Program-made: the position numbers and the translations under genes
Source of the DNA: Neolecta irregularis DAH-3
Taxonomy: Eukaryota
Length of the DNA: 64,000 nucleotides
Reading direction: 5' to 3'
Assembly: GCA_001929475.1 (NCBI GenBank)
Contig: LXFE01000206.1
Span: 1-64,000, forward strand
Part shown: piece by piece, positions 24,152 through 41,868 of the stretch
How positions within the stretch are numbered: the stretch's first letter is position 1
Layout: each line of letters starts with the position of its first letter
Notes under the pieces: generated by a model
The model's database searches: none
Told to the model about the DNA's origin: nothing
Seen by the model: the letters and a program-made list of their open reading frames with translations, nothing else

Positions 24152-26360
24152 TCACAGTTTCGCACGCTCTTCGGCACTATTTTTTTCACCTGTCGACCCC
24201 AACATTTTCTCCCGTCCGTTCTGGGAACACCACCACTTGACAGCAATTGCAGCTCTTTCCATATCGATATCGTTCGTGATGACGCTCCAAACTCTATCCG
24301 CCAACTCCCTTCTTTGTGCAACATTATTTCCATACGTCGCAATTTTCTCGAGGGTATGTTGGAGAAGACATACAGAGATCGAAGGCAAGCATTCCACAAG
24401 AGTCAAAATACACGCTGTGTACTCGGTGGTTCCAGATTCGTCAACGGTTTTCGAGTGGGATGCTATTTTAATTTTGGTGTGAAGCAAAGAAAGGATTTGA
24501 TCCGATAATAGCGGATCTAGAAATGACAGTGGTGACTGAGGCGCAGATATACGAAAGAGCGTGGATATGGCAAGTTTGAACTGGCGGAACGACAAATAGG
24601 ACGGAAATTGCTTAAGGATTAGTATTTTAGCAGAGAAGAGTTATACCTCTAGTACGACTGCAGTATATCTCGGAAGTAACTTGATCGATAGCGACTTCAG
24701 CTCATTGGATCCAACGATTGCTAACATTGCAGAGTGGGCTGATTCATACAAAGGTTTCATAGTTTTGTTCGGCTTTGATTCTAGAAAAGGGATGACGAAG
24801 GGCAGAACATATGTCTCGACGAATCGAACACATGTCAATGGAGCTAGTTCTTCGGATGAATCAAGAAACCACTGTGATGCGAGACGTTCGAGAAGAGGTG
24901 TAGCCTCTGTACAAACTGGGTAAGGTCAGTCTCAAAATACAAAGGTTCAGACCTTCTTCAATGAGCACTGACTTCAGATAGCCTAGCGATGCTATTTTAT
25001 CCGAAGCCAGTATATCGATAGCAGAGCTCCAAATAAATCTGTAATTTGCGAATGCAGAATGACCAAGTCGATATGAAACAAAACTGAAATTTCGCAAAAT
25101 ATTAAGATTCTTGGTAGCCACGATGATTCTGGTAGATTCTGAAATTTGGCGTGAATGTATCATTTGAGTTGATACTGCTTGGAGAAGCGTGATTGCTACA
25201 AAATATAAGTCCTTAATTGCCTGCCACAAGGTTGGAAGTGTTGTGCTCAGAGTTTGCTGCTCAATTGAATCTGCCTCGGCACTTTGCTCAAGGTTCGAAA
25301 ATGGAACAGCCTTCCAAGCTTCAAGCAATTTTTGCGATAGTTTCATTAACCTATTAAGAAGAATGAGTTGTTTGATCGAATCATAGTCTCTTACTCGTCT
25401 GATATCATAAGAAGACCTTTATCTACTATGAGTTCAGAGGCATCTAACATTTCCGAAAGAAAGCGAGCAATTGAGCTAGCGTGAGAATGCAAAGGATGCT
25501 TCAAATAATTGTGTAGGCTGTTATATGATGTAGAAGAATCCTGCGGTCATGTCACCGAAGATTCAAACTGTTAGAGCATACTTTCCAACAAAACCTATCA
25601 TTCTCTATGCCAATGTCCGCATTCGAAGAATAGAGAGCCTCGATAAAACTATTTGAATTCTGGAGAAAAACTTGAACCGCCAAAAAAACTGTGTTCTGAT
25701 CACGATTGGTTGTAAAAAAAAAGCTGCGTCATACTTGACTAGCAACGATTCTTGTTGTATATTTAGGTGCATTACGTGAGATCCTTGACCATGTCCAAAG
25801 CCAGACTACTGCATCGAGATCTTTTGCTCAATATCAGTATAAAGGACAGTCAATACCTTCGAGAGAGTTCATCTTTCGGACTTTCTGTATCACAGGTCGT
25901 GTCGTATTTAAGTACATTGTCCTCAGATTCGAACTTAAGAACTGCCGCTTAGTTGAGCAAAAACCAGACATGAGGCCACAAAGGATCGGAATCTTTTTCC
26001 AGGCGGGTTCTTTCAGGTAAAAATATTCAAAAATGAGCATATACCCTCATGTTCTAGCGCCTCTAGAATCGCATCACACCATCCCTTCCGGTTTAAATAT
26101 GGAAAGCCCATCTCAACTTTCCCCTGTGCAGCCGTGAAAAAGCAATGATATATAAGTATTGCATTTGTAAGTTGACTCTGTTTCCATAAAGCAGGCGACT
26201 GGATCAGCGCCCTGGTAAGCAATGTGACATTTCTTGAATTCAAGATATTTGGAAGCAATGATGCAGCAGCAGACGCAATTGACTTCGAATCAGCGTCTGG
26301 GATCGGAGATTTCAGGGTTTGAAGGAGAGAGTCGAGATAAGGTTGAGCACTGGTCGCCAT
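24152..26360 (-). CDS. PEX8: Peroxin Pex8, multi-exon
   Basis: NSRNVTLLT N-terminal motif, LYESAHSAMLAI, AVKWW and C-terminal PTS1 -AKL*. Confidence 0.85.
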
Positions 26361-26570
26361 ATTGAGGTTTACTTTGGTTAAATTTTGGCGGTGAAACGTC
26401 GTTGGTCAACAGTGTATACTGATATTGAGCAGGTCTCGATGCAGTAGTCTGGCTTTGGTCATGGTCAAGGATCTCACGTAATGCACCTATATATACAAGA
26501 ATCGTTGCTAGTCAAGTATGACACAGCTTTTTTTTCACGACCAATCGTGATCAGAACACAGTTTTTTTGG
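25680..26570. repeat. Long inverted repeat: arms 25680-25841 and 26415-26570
   Basis: Arms are near-identical reverse complements (e.g. ccaaaaaaactgtgttctgatcacgattggt, ggtgcattacgtgagatccttgaccatg, caaagccagactactgcatcgaga) with a few substitutions and two short deletions. Confidence 0.95.
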
Positions 26571-27020
26571 TCTCCTGTCCTGCCTGTACCTCCTCTATCA
26601 TCCCTCCCGCCTCGCCCGTCCTGCGCGTCCCTCCCATCCCTCGAGTCCTTGTCCCGCCCGTGCCTCCTCTCCCGTCCCACCCGTCCTGCGCGCCCTGCGC
26701 GCCCCGCCCGCCTCGCCCGTCCTTCCCGAGCGTCCCGCCCGCCCATCTCTCTTGCCTCTCCCAGCTTTCCCATCTCCCACACCTGTTTGGCCTATTTGGC
26801 CACCCACCTTGCCCGCCTGCCTGTCAGTTCCTTCTTGCCAATATTTAGATAATATAAAGAATTATATACAAAATATAGTAATTTAAACTTGCTTTTGAAC
26901 ATTTTCCTGCTCTGCCCATTTCTGCCCACCACCACCCAAAATGGTTGTCACATGTTAGGCCCGGTCAGTCCATGGGCCAGGCTGGACCCTCAGAAAAGCC
27001 ATAGGCCGGGCTTTGGTCTC
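26571..27020. mobile_element. GC-rich transposon-like remnant abutting the PEX8 inverted copy
   Basis: Pyrimidine-rich ccgccc/cccgtcc tract related to 1-100, then GGCCC/GGGCC cluster; composition very unlike flanking DNA. Confidence 0.5.
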
Positions 27021-27491
27021 AAGATGGTACCATGTAAATGAAAAGGGATGACTTAGGCTTCTCGCTTCCCTCATTTCCTTCTGTCTCTTTCTCGTTTTTA
27101 CAATTTGGTTTTTTCTTCCTTTTATTAAGTGCTTTCACTCTTCTCTCTATTTTTGTCTGCTTCCTATCCTTTCTTTTGAGTTTATCTGTAACTACTGGAG
27201 ATGATGAACATTCCAGGGCCAACAAAATATATTTTTTGGAGCTTTGTTCCAACTTTCCCACCTGCTCCTTCAGGTTGTCCTTCAGTTATGACCTGCATGT
27301 GTCAAATTCAAAAAAATGCTAAAAACTACCACGTTTGAAAATTTAAATATGAGAAATTTTTTATATTAGACTAGTTGATATAACGATGACAGGGATGCAA
27401 GACAAATGAACGATATGAGAACCAGTGAATGTATGGAGATTGCGCTCGTCAGCCTTTCCAGCTACGATGTCTGCTATGCTAGACTGAGAGC

Positions 27492-29069
27492 TCAATAACT
27501 CTTCCGAGAATTCTTAATCTTCCTTTTCTTAACTGACTTTGGCATCTTATGTTTCCTCCGTTCCCGCGCGTCTTCCTTGACTTTCTTCTTGTTTTGCTAC
27601 AAGAAGTTAGTCACTATATCAAGCGGAACTTGGTTTACCTTTTTCCCAGCCTTTTCTTCGGCAGTCCGTTTTGCTTTCGTTTCTTCATCTTCGCTTTCTG
27701 ATTCCAAATACTCGCCACTTTGGTCTTCTTCTGAAGAGTCATCTTCAGAGGTCGAGCTATTGTTCCTCTCCACAATGAGGTCTCTGTATATGAGCTGATT
27801 TTGTTCTCCTCGTTTCACTTTTTCGACATCTCTTTCCACGTCGATAACCTGTTCTAAATTCTGCGGGATATACGCTTTTCTGAGATATTCTTCATCTTCG
27901 TGGTCATATATAGCAGGTAATTCCTTAATCTTCTTTAATGTCTCTTCTATTTCTTCGACTGCAGTACCGCCCTCTGCTGAAATAACAAATTCAAATATCT
28001 TTCTCTCAGAAATTGTTTGAACGCCCTTCTTTGAGAAGTAATCTGACACGTTATTGATATCCATTCGAAGAAATTCAAACGAGCGAGGATGATCATGTTC
28101 AACAGATTGTGAGACGTCAATAATATATAATTTAGAAGCATTGTAGAGGATATTGTATTCGCTGAGATCGGCGTGTACCAAACGACAGACCCTGTACATT
28201 TGCCGAATATATTTGAGAAGATTAAAATATAGTTGTGTATATTCCTGCTCCGGGACAACCGCATCCTTAAGCCGTGGATATGCCCTGAATAATCAGAGCG
28301 GGGACTTTATGGGGCGAGGTATACCATCCTTTGCCATCGCCCAGAAAGCCCATTACGAGCACATGCAACCGAAGAACGAGAGGCTCAGGACACGGAATTC
28401 CTGCAGCGTACAGTCTTTTCAAATTTCTCATCTCCTTTTCAGCCCAGACTTTGACCATTTTCCGAGGATTTTTTCTTGAATATCCATGGCGGAATCTGTA
28501 CTCTCCAGAAACATAACGGTCTCGATCTTTGAATACGAGAATTGAAGTTTTGTAAACTTTGATGGCTCTGTGCGATTCAAGTTCTGTCACTGCGTGATAG
28601 ACATTCGCCTAAGTATGAATTTTCTATCAAAATAATTTGAGTGAACCTCTTTTCCAGTCGATATACACCCATGGATCTCGAAGATGTCGCCACGGTTAAT
28701 CATCTTGAACAAGATCATACGGGTTCGGGGATCAAGAACCTGCTCGCTCGTAGCTCTATCCGCACGATCTTTCTTTCCGTAACTATCGCCTATATTAATT
28801 CTGCCAGCAAATTTCGCAAGGGCAGAGTCATTTTTCGAAGTGATGTGGGCCGAAGCATCTTGCGGATTAACCCGAGGAATCTGGAAGGCTGGAGTATTTT
28901 CATTGAGTAACTTGCGATTCCGATTGTATGTTTTAGTGAAGTCTCCGGATTCCTGATCCCAGTCTGCGTCGTTTAAAGCGTCTGAGAGAAAATCTTCAGA
29001 GTCTTCCTGAGAATAAAGTACTTCACTTTCGGACCAAGAATCCTGCATCGCACCTTCGACTATGGCCAT
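27492..29069 (-). CDS. RIO1: RIO1 atypical kinase
   Basis: [64 protein letters not shown]. Confidence 0.97.
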
Positions 29070-29161
29070 ATTTTTGGATGACTATGATTTTTCTTGTGAA
29101 TAAAATCTGTGGGTAAAGCGTTGGTCTCCAAATAAATGTTATCGTTGATGTGAATAGACAT

Positions 29162-33477
<4,316 letters not shown>

Positions 33478-33692
33478 CAAAGGAAGCTAGAGAGTTCAGC
33501 GTATCCGTCTAACGTTATGTTCTTGAGGTAGCATTGTTATCATATCATATAAATCTATTGTGTAAGTTGCGGTCATGAGCCCCCATCCTGAAACCCAGAC
33601 CAAATACCCATTGGCAAAAACAAATACACAAAAAGCATGCAAAAAAGATAATTTATCTCAAACGCCTATGTCTATCATGACCCAAAGTGAAA

Positions 33693-35221
33693 TTAAATTT
33701 GTCGGCTTCGCTGTCGTTCTCTTTGATATAGACGGTGTCGAGCTCCATCAATTGTCGTTTGCGAAAGTTGTATTAATTCGTTACCTTCCTCGTGTGCCAC
33801 TATTTCATACTGTGTCGGCGGATCTGATATTCCAGGCCATATATTAGATGGCAGAAAGTCCCCACGTTCTTCCCGAAATTGTTCTCGCATGTGTAATTCA
33901 TCTTGATGGTAAGCAAACTAACATAAAAAGAAAGTACCGTCATGCATAGCTTCCAGAGTTGCCAGAGCATCTTTGACTACTTTCTCCATCTTGGCCTTCA
34001 TATTTTGTCTTCTTTCTATTTCGAGAATTAGAGCATCGTATGCAGATGTAAAATCTCGATAATAATCTGCCAACCTCGACATTTCCTCTTGGGCTTTCTC
34101 AATCTGAGAATTTTGCTCATTTAGGATTGCTTGGAATTGATCGAGTTGGGCGAGATGTCTGCTCAGAACCTGGGACCCGAATTGTTCAAGCAGAGTCACT
34201 GCATCGTTCGCTTTCCGCGAGATCATCTCGATTTCATCATAATACTTCCTAGCGAGCTCACTAAGAAGATCAAACAAATTTTGGATATGGAAATGGTCGT
34301 ACTTGTTTCTCACCATGTCCTCTATTCGATGATGCATTTCATCTAACGCAGCATCTACTTGCCTAGCATCCTTCTCTAACACCTCGAGAGCACCCCTAGA
34401 ACGTTCCATATTTTCTTCCTTCAATGCTTGAGAACAATTATCAAAGTGATTGGTTAGCGAGTTGATGATAGAAGCCATATGATGAACATGACGCTCTTGG
34501 CAGCGCCGATGTAATTGCTGTGGAAGTAGTGCTACTCGGTTCTTGAGAGTCCCGAAGATTGATTCAGTGATGGTAGGCGACTTTAAAGAAGGCAAAGGGG
34601 GGAGATCGAGGCACTGTTTTTGCGTGCTACTAAAATCCGCTTGAGCCGAAGATATTGATTTGGAAAGTATATCACGCGCATCCTGCTTTAATCATGAATG
34701 ATCACACAGATATTCATACCTGAATCCCATCAACTGACTCTCTTAAAGTTGTTCGAAGTTTCTCAATTCCCATCTCATCAACAAACTCATACAATGTCTG
34801 CACCCCGTTCTCAGGTTCAAGACCCGGGTCAATCTTGGTTTCTTTGAGAGATTTGAGACTTTCATTCAGATAGTTGTCTAAGTCACCCAAGACGGTAAGA
34901 GTTGCCTTGTGTTTATTAGCAAAGGCGTTGGGTGTCTAACCGTGCCTCGAACTCCTTTCGACTGTTTTCCTGGGACTGTATAGTTGCAGATAGCAGTTTT
35001 TCAGCAAGAGATATCTGCATTCGAATTCCATTGCAAAGGTAGGTATACGACGCTTCTAGAGCCGCACATTTATCGAGAGATTCGGTGGTCGATGTCTCAA
35101 GTTCCTCTGCGCGGGGTCCCAGCGTACCAGCAATGGCTAGCGCTTTTTTTGCGCTTGTAAAAAGATGAAGGAATGTGGAATGCGATTTATGGAGAATCGG
35201 AGCTGGTTGGGGTTGTTCCAT
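33693..35221 (-). CDS. ATG17: Autophagy scaffold Atg17
   Basis: FTSAKKAL N-terminus, SLTNHFDNC, AYDALILEIERR, FREERGDFLPSNIWPG. Confidence 0.85.
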
Positions 35222-35885
35222 CAAGTGGAACAGAGGTGACTAGAGGATGATAAATGCCTGAATTTGGAGTGGAGGACAATTTCTGAATAATGGAGGCACT
35301 TCGCGCCAGAGTCCTCCACCACAAAAACCTTTCTTTGTGGCATGCAAGAACAAAAATTCAAGAGTTTCTTTGAAAGTTAGACAATTGGCTATCTTTCTCA
35401 TGCTTGTCCAATGAAGATCCATGTAGCATGGACGGCACTATGACATCCGTCCGCTTTACTTGACAGTGGACTCGAAGATTGCAATCAGTAGTAATTTATG
35501 TTTCGAAGAATCTGCCGTAAAAAGAAATGGGGAGTGGATCCTTGCAGCATATAGCGGTTCGTCTGTTGCAACTGAGTCCGTATATACATGGAAAGAATAC
35601 GAGTCACCCCAAAACATCTATTGTCGTCTAAAATAGGCTCTGCGCCTGCAGCGGCTCCCTTTATTAGATTCCAGGACAAAGACCAGGACCGATGGGTTTT
35701 ATCCCAGTAAGCCCGGTATACACATAGTCTATCGGAAGCGGATGCACTTGAATGTTACTAATCATAGAACTAGATTTCGATGATACACATAGGGCTACTT
35801 TAGAGCCTTAAAAATTAGTTTACGGGTACAACATTACAAAGAAAATTCTATTCGCTATCTTTTATCATGCTCGGAGCTCGAGACT

Positions 35886-36125
35886 TGTTGAGATGACAGT
35901 GTTCTAGATCCGAATTCCATGGCAGTTGCCTCTGAGTTTATGATGGCAAGTATGCAGTGCTCAGCGGGGATTCTCCTCCACTGAGGTCCTCGGACTCATA
36001 GATCCTTACAAAGGGGATTATATACTCGCGAAAGAGCTGCATTGGTCCTGCTAGTTTAGGGTCGTTAATTATCTCGAAGTACAGTACCTGTAAATGTTTG
36101 TTCTGTGTATGGACCATAATCAGCA
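35886..36125. mobile_element. Possible solo LTR upstream of the ABC transporter
   Basis: 240 bp bounded by TGTTGA...TCAGCA with internal TATATA; no target-site duplication found. Confidence 0.25.
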
Positions 36126-36388
36126 TTGTCCGGCAAACAGTCTAGCCGCATGTCAAGTTATCTTTCATCTGCGCCGAAATTCCGTGCCTTCTGGATAGAG
36201 CATTCATCGACCGAACAAATGGTGCCTTTGTTTGTGGACGATGAACACTTCTCGTATCGAGGGGAACAAATGGAGCGGGATTCTGTTCTCTGGGACTCAG
36301 AAACGATGTTATAGATCTCTACTTGGTTATAAGGACGGTTCTAGTTGGCCTTTTGTCGGTCAAATCGAGTCGATTTACCCACGTTTCT

Positions 36389-39300
36389 ATGCCGCACTTC
36401 TCATTGGATCATCAGGATTCTTTCGAATCTATTTCGAATCATAGCTTCAGGAGCAGACGAAGCAGTGGCAGTCGTAATCAACTGACAGAACACCCTAGTT
36501 ATGCAGAGTTCGACGACTTGCTTGAAACTCTTTCTCATCGAAATACGTCCAAAAATGCTCATCTGGACCTCAAGTCACCGCACTTTGACGTTGAAAGATA
36601 CGCTCAGCATGTTCTTATCAGCTCACAAGCCTCAGGAATTAAAGCTCGTCATGCTGGCGTAATCTTTCGAAATCTAGAAGTAATTGGAACTGGTCCTGAA
36701 GTTGATTTTCAAGCGGTATCTATCATACACCACTCTTTTTAATTCTTGAGACTGTCAGTACTGCTCTTACAAGTCCTCTCCGTATCTTTGAAACAATTTG
36801 CGCTCTTCGCAATCCTCCGCTTAAGACGCTTCTTCAGGAATTCAATGGGTATTGTGTCTCAACTCAACATTCTAATCACAAGGGTTGTTCGTGAGGGAGA
36901 GATGCTTTTAGTGCTAGGTCGTCCTGGTGCAGGCTGCTCCACTTTCCTTAAAGCACTCTCTGGAGAAACTAGCGGGTACAGAAATGTTAATGGTGACATT
37001 CATTACCATGGAATTCGTCAGTCGGCAATGAAATCACAATACAAGGGAGAAATATTGTATAATGCTGAAACCGATGTTCACTTTCCCACTCTGACCGTCG
37101 CTCAGACTCTCGAGTTCAGTGCTACTTGTAGAGCTCCCCAACGCCGTATCATTGGGGAGACTCGTGAACAGCATATTCAAACGACGAAAGACATGCTCGG
37201 AAGAGTATTCGGACTCACCGACAAATTTGCCACAAAAGTCGGAAATGATTACATTCGGTATAATACTGACAAGAGCAACAGTTTGACATAGCAGAGGCGT
37301 CTCGGGAGGTGAAAGGAAACGCGTCTCTATTGCTGAAGCCCTTTCTTCACGTGCAGCTATTCAATGCTGGGATAATAGTACTCGAGGTCTCGATTCATCG
37401 ACCGCTCTAGAATTTGTCCAAGCAATCCGATTGTCGACTAATCTTCATAAAACTACAGCAATATTTGCTCTGTATCAAGTCGGGGAACAGATATATGATC
37501 TTTTTGATAAAGTCACAGTCATTTACGACGGTCACCAAATCTACTTTGGGCGAGCCACAGAAGCTAAAGAATATTTCGAGGATATGGGGTTCGTGTGCCT
37601 TCCTAGGTAGACTCTTCTGGATGCATAATGCATTCTAACACTAGACAAACCACCTCTGACTTCTTCACTTCTATCACTGACCCAAACTCCCGAATCGTCA
37701 AAAAAGGGTTAGAAAGTTATATTCCACATACTCCTGAAGATTTCGTTAAGCGTTGGCATGTGTCATTGCTCTACAAGCTCCTCAAACGGGATATGCAAAT
37801 GTACGACAACGAATATCCTGTTGGGAAGTCCGCCGCTGTGGATCAGTGGAGAAATAGCACAAAACAGGAGAAGGCAAAGAACATTAAAACATCATCCCCC
37901 TACACCATAAATTTTCGAATGCAACTCACCGCATGCCTCAAACGGAGTTATCAGCGAATGTGGGGGGATAAGGCGTTTCTCTTCTCCAGTGTCTTGTCGA
38001 GTATTTTCTTGAGTCTTATCATGGGGAGTGTATTTTTCAAGACCGCAAGTGATACCTCTGGTTTCTTTTCCAAAGGTACTCGTTCTCGTGATACAAACTA
38101 AACAACAGGCGGCGTTATGTTTTTTGCAATTATGAACAATTCCCTTCAAGGAATGAGTGACATTGCGTATGTTTCAACAGAGATTATTGCTACTAACTGG
38201 ACAGCACTATGTATGTACAGAGGCCCGTTATTACGAAACATAAAGCTGCGGCACTCTATTATCCTTCAGCCGATGCTCTATCTCAAAATATCGCCGTAAT
38301 ACCGGTCAAGATTCTTGCCTTAACTATCTTCAACGTCATTTTGTACTTCATGACTGGTCTTCAACGCACTGCTGGACAATTCTTCATTTTTTACATTTTC
38401 ATAATCACAGTTACCCTTGCCATGAACTCCATGTTTCGGTTGATTGCCTCTGTTACTAAAACTATAGAGCAAGCTTTAAGTATTGCCGGTATTGTGGTAA
38501 TTGCATTTGTTATATACGCGGGTTACGTTATTCCAGAACCTAGTATGCATGGTATGCTCGGCCAGCTTTCTCGACTGACAATAAGTCTATTTTAAATGGA
38601 TATCCTGTGTCAATCCCATTGCGTACGCATTCGAGGGGCTCATGACAAATGAATTCCATAACACCCAAGTCCCATGTGCAATGTTGATTCCCTCAGGGCC
38701 AGATTATGAAAGCAAAGGTCTCTCCAACAAGGTATGTCCAGTCAACGGTGCTGTCCCCGGAGTCTCTACTGTTTCTGGTGATGAGTATCTTAAAGTGTCA
38801 ATGAACTATTCCCACGATCATCTATGGAGAAACTTGATTATTATAGTAGCTTATTGGCTCGGCTTTCTCGCCTTGAATCTCATCGCGGTCGAATTTATGT
38901 CACCCAATAATGAAGCTGGAGAAGTGCTTGTTTTTGGTCATAAAAAAGCATTAGAAACGGCCAAAACTTCAGAACCGTCGGCAGTGCATGATCCTGAACT
39001 TGGAAAATCATCTCCAACAGTATTGGGTCGACGTCGAACCATCTACAGTACTGAAGTGACCGAAGAGATGCGGAAGGTCCTCCAAGGGAATGGTACCGTC
39101 ACCTGGCAACATATCAACTACGATATTCAGGTAGAAGGGACTACACGCCATCTACTCGATGATGTTCAAGGATATGTCAAACCCGGAAGTCTTACTGCCC
39201 TGATGGGGGAATCTGGTGCCGGGAAAACAACGCTCCTTAATGTTCTAGCTCAACGGATCGAGGCTGGCGTTGTGTCTGGTGATATTCTCGTCAATGGCAA

Positions 39301-41208
39301 ATGCCTTGGACCTGCTTTTCAAAAGCAATGTGGATACGTGCAACAACAAGACGTTCATACCGCTCAAAATACGATTCGTGAAGCCCTTCGTTTTTCAGCA
39401 ATGCTCCGACAACCTGCCTCAGTTTCCAGAAAAGAAAAATATCAATATGTAGAAGCGATTATAAAATTGCTCGAAATGCAAGATTATGCTGAAGCTATCA
39501 TCGGAAAGCCAGGAAAAGGTCTCAATGTTGAACAACGAAAGCGTCTCACAATCGGAGTTGAACTAGCTGCTAAGCCTAAATTACTGGTCTTTCTAGATGA
39601 ACCAACGAGTGGACTAGACTCGCAAAGTGCATGGTCCATCGTTGCGTTAATGAAAAAACTTGCGAGGGCTGGGCAAGCTGTGTTGTGTACGATCCATCAG
39701 CCGTCCGCCGCTTTGGTACATATCCCTTTGCCAAAACTACATTTAATAAAGTGTCAAGTTCGAACAATTCGATCGGCTTCTACTACTTCAGAAAGGAGGA
39801 CAGACAGTTTACTTCGGTAACATTGGCAAAGATTCTTGTGATGTCATCAACTATTTCGAGCGTAACGGAGCTGACCGATGTCCTCCACGAGCAAATCCAG
39901 CAGAGTATATTCTCGAGGTTATTGGGGCAGGGGCAACTGCCATTGCGTCCAAAGCATGGGACCAAGTCTGGAAGAATTCTCAAGCATTCGATGAAGTCGC
40001 GACCGAAATTACTGGTCTCAACACCGAACTTTGCAATCAAAGTTTTGATGCCTCTGAATCTTCGCCTTATGCGATGCCTTTTACCACTCAACTGGGGTAT
40101 GTAGCAAAGCGAACTTTCCAAGTATATTGGAGGTCTCCGATCTACATCGGCTCTAAGACATTTCTGAATGTCACAAGTGGGCTTTTCATCGGATTTACTT
40201 TCTTTGGTCAAGGCAATAGTGTTGCAAGCCTACAAAACAAATTGTTCGCGATTTTCATGTCGACAATCTTATCTGCAAGTTTGATGAATCAACTCGTCCC
40301 GCAGTTTATCGAGATTCGTAGCTTGTTCGAGGTTCGTGAAAAGCCGAGTAAGACATATAGCTGGTGGGCATTCGCGCTATCTGCTATGGTTGTCGAAATT
40401 CCTTACCAAATCGTTACCGGAACATTATACTTTGTTTGTTGGTATTGGACAGTCGGTTTCCAACGGACGATTCCAGATGCATTCTCACGAGGTTGGTACA
40501 TGTGGCTTATGATGATGCTCTTTGAGCTCTATTTCACTACTTTTGGTCAAGCAGTAGCAGCAGCGGCCCCCAATACCCAAACTGCAAGCATTCTAACTAC
40601 CCTCCTCTTTTCCTTTGTTCTTATTTTTAATGGTGTCATGCAACCTCCAAGTAAGTTGGTCAGATTCTGGCAATGGATGTATAAAGTTTCACCGTAAAGT
40701 CCATGTCTCATGGTTCGGCTGATAATGTAGATTTACATACCTCATCGAATCGATGATGACAAATGTGGTTCACGGAGTTCAGGTACGATGTAGATCAATG
40801 GAACTGAACATTATTCAACCACCTGCAGGACAAACCTGCGGAGAATATCTCGACCTCTTCATCTCGATGGTCCAAAGTGGTTCAGTGTACAACCCGGCAG
40901 ACACGTCCAACTGCGAATTCTGTCGATATGGATCTTCTGATGAATATCTTTCCACGATCGGAATGTCGTTCAATCATAGATGGCAAAATGTTGCCATCCT
41001 CGCCGGATACATTACCTTCAATATATTTGCCACTATATTGTTATTTTATATCTTCCAAGTTCATCAATGGAATAAAGAGACTCGCGCAGACTCCAGAAAG
41101 AAGATTTCGGAGAAATCTGCAAATACTGATGAAACGCCTTTTGCTGTTCTTCTCCGACAAACCAATCCAAGTCACGCTATCGCGAACGAAAAAGACGTTG
41201 CTCCATAA
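36389..41208 (+). CDS. Full-size PDR/ABCG multidrug transporter (Snq2/Bfr1-like)
   Basis: NBD1 [35 protein letters not shown]2 [26 protein letters not shown]; two TMDs with PDR Cys loops; start uncertain. Confidence 0.95.
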
Positions 41209-41732
41209 TGGCTTTTAGGGTGCGTTTGGCAACCACTTTCTTTTTGCTCGAATATCATACTATTTCCCGATTTGTAAACCATTTATGAACTTAACGCGCG
41301 CGTTTTGCACATCACAATTATAAATAGTTGGGTTTCTAGTTATAACAGATCTCTTCATACAAAGAATCTTTACGTAGTAACAAACAAGTCCAGTTTCCTG
41401 GTGGATATAGTAGATCCCTCTATTTTTCTATGCCATCCCTGTAAAAATGTATGTAGTCCCTCATAGACGCAATGCTGTGATTGGCCATTTGACTTTTAAT
41501 GACTGGGATGAGATTGATAAATTAAATGGCTTTTTTTGAGTGATACTCATTATACAAACTAATACAACGGGATTTAGAAAAGAAACATTTTTTACAGTAT
41601 ATCTTTCACGAGAATACACATCAGTATTGTCATAGCGATAATGTTTGAATTGTCTCTGATATAGAATATTTATTTATGAGAAAACGGGAAAATTCTGTTT
41701 GATAAAAGATGTGGGGACTTGGAGTGGGACAG

Positions 41733-41752
41733 ACGGGCGGGTGGACACACTG
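41733..41752 (-). mobile_element. Isolated terminus of the CAGTGTGTCCA MITE family
   Basis: Reverse complement cagtgtgtccacccgcccgt matches 1634-1652. Confidence 0.5.
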
Positions 41753-41868
41753 GTTATATACATATATGCCGTTATATCCTCCGCGACTAACCGTATTGGT
41801 AAGATATAGCGGACTATATCCTTACAGGTATCCATCAGGTCCGCTGGTATCGGAGACACTTCCATTCT

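Noticed and set aside
26474-26852. Arg/Gly- and Pro-rich ORFs in four frames
   Set aside because: By-products of a GC-rich low-complexity repeat plus the duplicated PEX8 fragment
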